A stretch of 64,000 bases of DNA from Podarcis filfolensis (Eukaryota), in the NCBI GenBank assembly GCA_964270895.1, contig OZ185444.1. The stretch is one strand, 5' to 3'. This document shows, in pieces, positions 63,159 to 64,000 of the stretch. Every line of letters begins with the position of its first letter. The stretch's first letter is position 1. Below the pieces are notes generated by a model. The model was not told the origin of the DNA and searched no databases. It worked only from the letters and a program-made list of their open reading frames with translations. Made by a program: the position numbers and the translations under genes.

Positions 63159-63734
63159 AAGGAGGCAGATGTGACAGTGGGAGACAAAGGTTAAGTTAAT
63201 ACATAAAGAGAGACAGATACATTAATAGTTGCTAGCAATCAAAGCCATGATAGCCGAAAGCTCAACTTTCATTTTCAGTGAGCAGCATGCCTCTGACTAA
63301 CCGAACAAAGCTGAGAGATTAATGAGAAGAGGTGGATGTCACCATCTGCCTAGGCATGGGCTGAACCTGCCAGTTCCAATTTGCAGTTAATTCGAAAACT
63401 AAGGCAGGGTCAGAATTAATTATGAGTAGGCAGTGGTGCCATGCTGATTACATCGTCAGCATATAGAGGGGGCACATAGACCTCACAGCATGTTGTACCC
63501 TGGACAGCAGGAATCCTCAGGTGAGACAGAAAAGGGAATGTGGAAGAAGACGTGGCAGGACTGTGGCTCTCCATCATACAAGGATTTTGGATGTGGCACA
63601 CAGGTTAAACATCTTGACTGCCCCAGTGCTTCATTCATGCTTAATGCTTTTGTACTCCACTTCTGCAATTATGGGATCTGACCTCTCTTGAATAGCGACA
63701 ATGTCACACACAGATGAAGTAACTTGCTATCATA

Positions 63735-64000
63735 TGTGGGAATGGTGGAGAAATTAATTTCATTTTGCATTTAAAGGCAAACCTACCTAATCAACGCATT
63801 CTGAAATAATACATGAACCATCCTTTGAAATTCACACTTTTGCAAATGTTGCAGTGCATTTCTCCAGCCCTGAATACTGTAGCCATATACTGTAGTGTGC
63901 ATAAAAATGCACTTATTAGTAAAAATAATACACAAAAATGCATCATATTATGGAAAATTGCTTTGTAAAAGTGTATACTGAGGCAAAATTGCATACAAAA
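63735..64000. repeat. Same AT-rich repeat family, inverted relative to 62280-62793
   Basis: GTGCATAAAAATGCACTTATTAGTAAAAATAATACACAAAAATGCATCATATTA aligns in reverse to the 62.6 kb copy. Confidence 0.55.

Overview
Vertebrate genomic DNA, not prokaryotic. The repeat content (L2, CR1, RTE-type elements, tRNA-derived SINEs, short MITEs) points to a squamate reptile, probably a lacertid lizard (inference). Two genes overlap in antiparallel orientation. On the + strand is the complete LRTM2 coding sequence in three exons (23794-23860, 27279-27869, 30098-30555; 371 aa). The ORF track misses its real start. On the - strand are four in-phase exons of CACNA2D4 (calcium channel alpha2delta-4: 61605-61698, 60642-60737, 50631-50758, 41466-41543; equivalent to human exons 23-26 from memory), none of which is in the ORF track. 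LRTM2 lies inside the >41 kb CACNA2D4 intron that follows the 41466-41543 exon. The rest is intronic. It contains SINEs, LINE fragments, hAT and Tigger MITEs, a young solo LTR with an intact 5-bp TSD, a piggyBac transposase fossil, microsatellites, and candidate REST, RFX and CRX/OTX sites. I see no clearly new biological system. The best leads are a distal LRTM2 5' exon that could give an alternative N-terminus or an overlapping uORF, a canonical RE1 core, a one-sided strand bias of retroelements inside the nested gene, and an RTE-type copy with an inverted 5' segment.
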